Assembly (NCBI GenBank): GCA_002269645.1
Contig: NIVC01003070.1
Coordinates: 1,903-65,902 of the forward strand
Source: Macrostomum lignano
Lineage: Eukaryota
Length of the DNA stretch: 64,000 bases
Reading direction: 5' to 3'
This document shows positions 63,307-64,000 of this stretch, piece after piece. Under the pieces are notes generated by a model that ran no database searches, had not been told where the DNA came from, and saw only the letters and a list, made by a program, of their open reading frames with translations. Position 1 is the first letter of the stretch; the number at the start of each line of letters is the position of its first letter. The translations under genes were made by a program, and so were the position numbers.

Positions 63307-64000
63307 GCTGCCACCAGTCCCTTCGGATCTCAGCCTTCGGTGAGGTGAGGATCCCGTCGGAACGAAATAACAAAGACAAGCGAACACAGCACTTTAGGCA
63401 GATTAGCGATTTCAGACTAATAGTCAGCAGATCCTGTCGGGCTCAGTGGGTCGACTGGGAGGACGGTGTTAGCCTCAGAGCAGACTCAGAGGTCTTGGTT
63501 TAGGATGAGAACTGAGTCAGGACAATGGGAGAAATAGGGCAATTGCAGAACTGCGTTTACTGGAGAGAGAGAACAGAGCTAAAGAAATGATCGAAATGGC
63601 CAACCGAGCATTGCGCCGTGGGGCCAGGCCCGCTCTGCCACTCTAACGAACTGCCTCATCGCTGACTTGCAAGCGCTTTAGCTGACCCCGCAGGCTGCTG
63701 CTGCCTGCCCCTCCCGCCTGTTCTGCGAGCGCGTGCGCGCAAGGGGCCTCCCCTCTGCGTCTTAATATAAAGAAATGAAACGAACTGAACTGAACTGATC
63801 TGAACCAAGGCATGAGGGGGCTCGCATATATAGAGAAAAATATTGCACCATCGAAAACAAGATCCCCCGCTGCGAGTCATTGGTGGCTCTGTTGCTTTTT
63901 TAGCAACTGGCGCATGGGTTTTTCCAGAGGAGGCAGGGGTCTGGTCTGGGTGCACGTGATTTCCCCCACAAACACGGGCCCAACGCACAATGATGAAATG
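63307..64000 (-). mobile_element. Possible 5' LTR plus primer-binding site of another LTR element
   Basis: Minus-strand TGGTGGCAGC at 63316-63307 is complementary to a tRNA-Leu-type 3' end. TATA-like tracts lie upstream. The same motif with TACCAAC occurs at 19781. Confidence 0.3.

Overview
Eukaryotic (metazoan) genomic DNA, not prokaryotic: spliceosomal introns, poly-A/Q/P coding tracts, dense minisatellites and transposons. The style (CpG/GC-rich exons, minisatellite-filled introns) resembles a free-living flatworm such as Macrostomum, but this is an unverified inference. One intact host gene can be rebuilt by hand: a six-exon, about 1169-aa protein with 12 C2H2 zinc fingers, join(2525..2714,4337..5435,5929..6277,6759..7159,7863..9236,9693..9789), with all splice phases consistent. 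The rest is a repeat landscape. Its centrepiece is an apparently full-length minus-strand Helitron (30775-40552; 5' TC, 3' hairpin+CTAG). Its nine-exon Rep/helicase gene has an N-terminal coiled-coil repeat, an OTU cysteine-protease domain and a GC-AG intron. It is fused head-to-tail (CTAG|TC) to further Helitron-family elements, with a tandem array of 350-bp non-autonomous copies nearby. Also present are hAT/P-type MITEs with clear 8-bp TSDs, a D,D34N mariner, and remnants of P/THAP9, mariner, piggyBac, Crypton-type and Jockey/I-type LINE elements, plus a 5'-truncated Ty3/gypsy element. Many TE frameshifts are single-base indels in homopolymers and may be assembly errors. No CRISPR array, rRNA or bona fide tRNA gene was supported.
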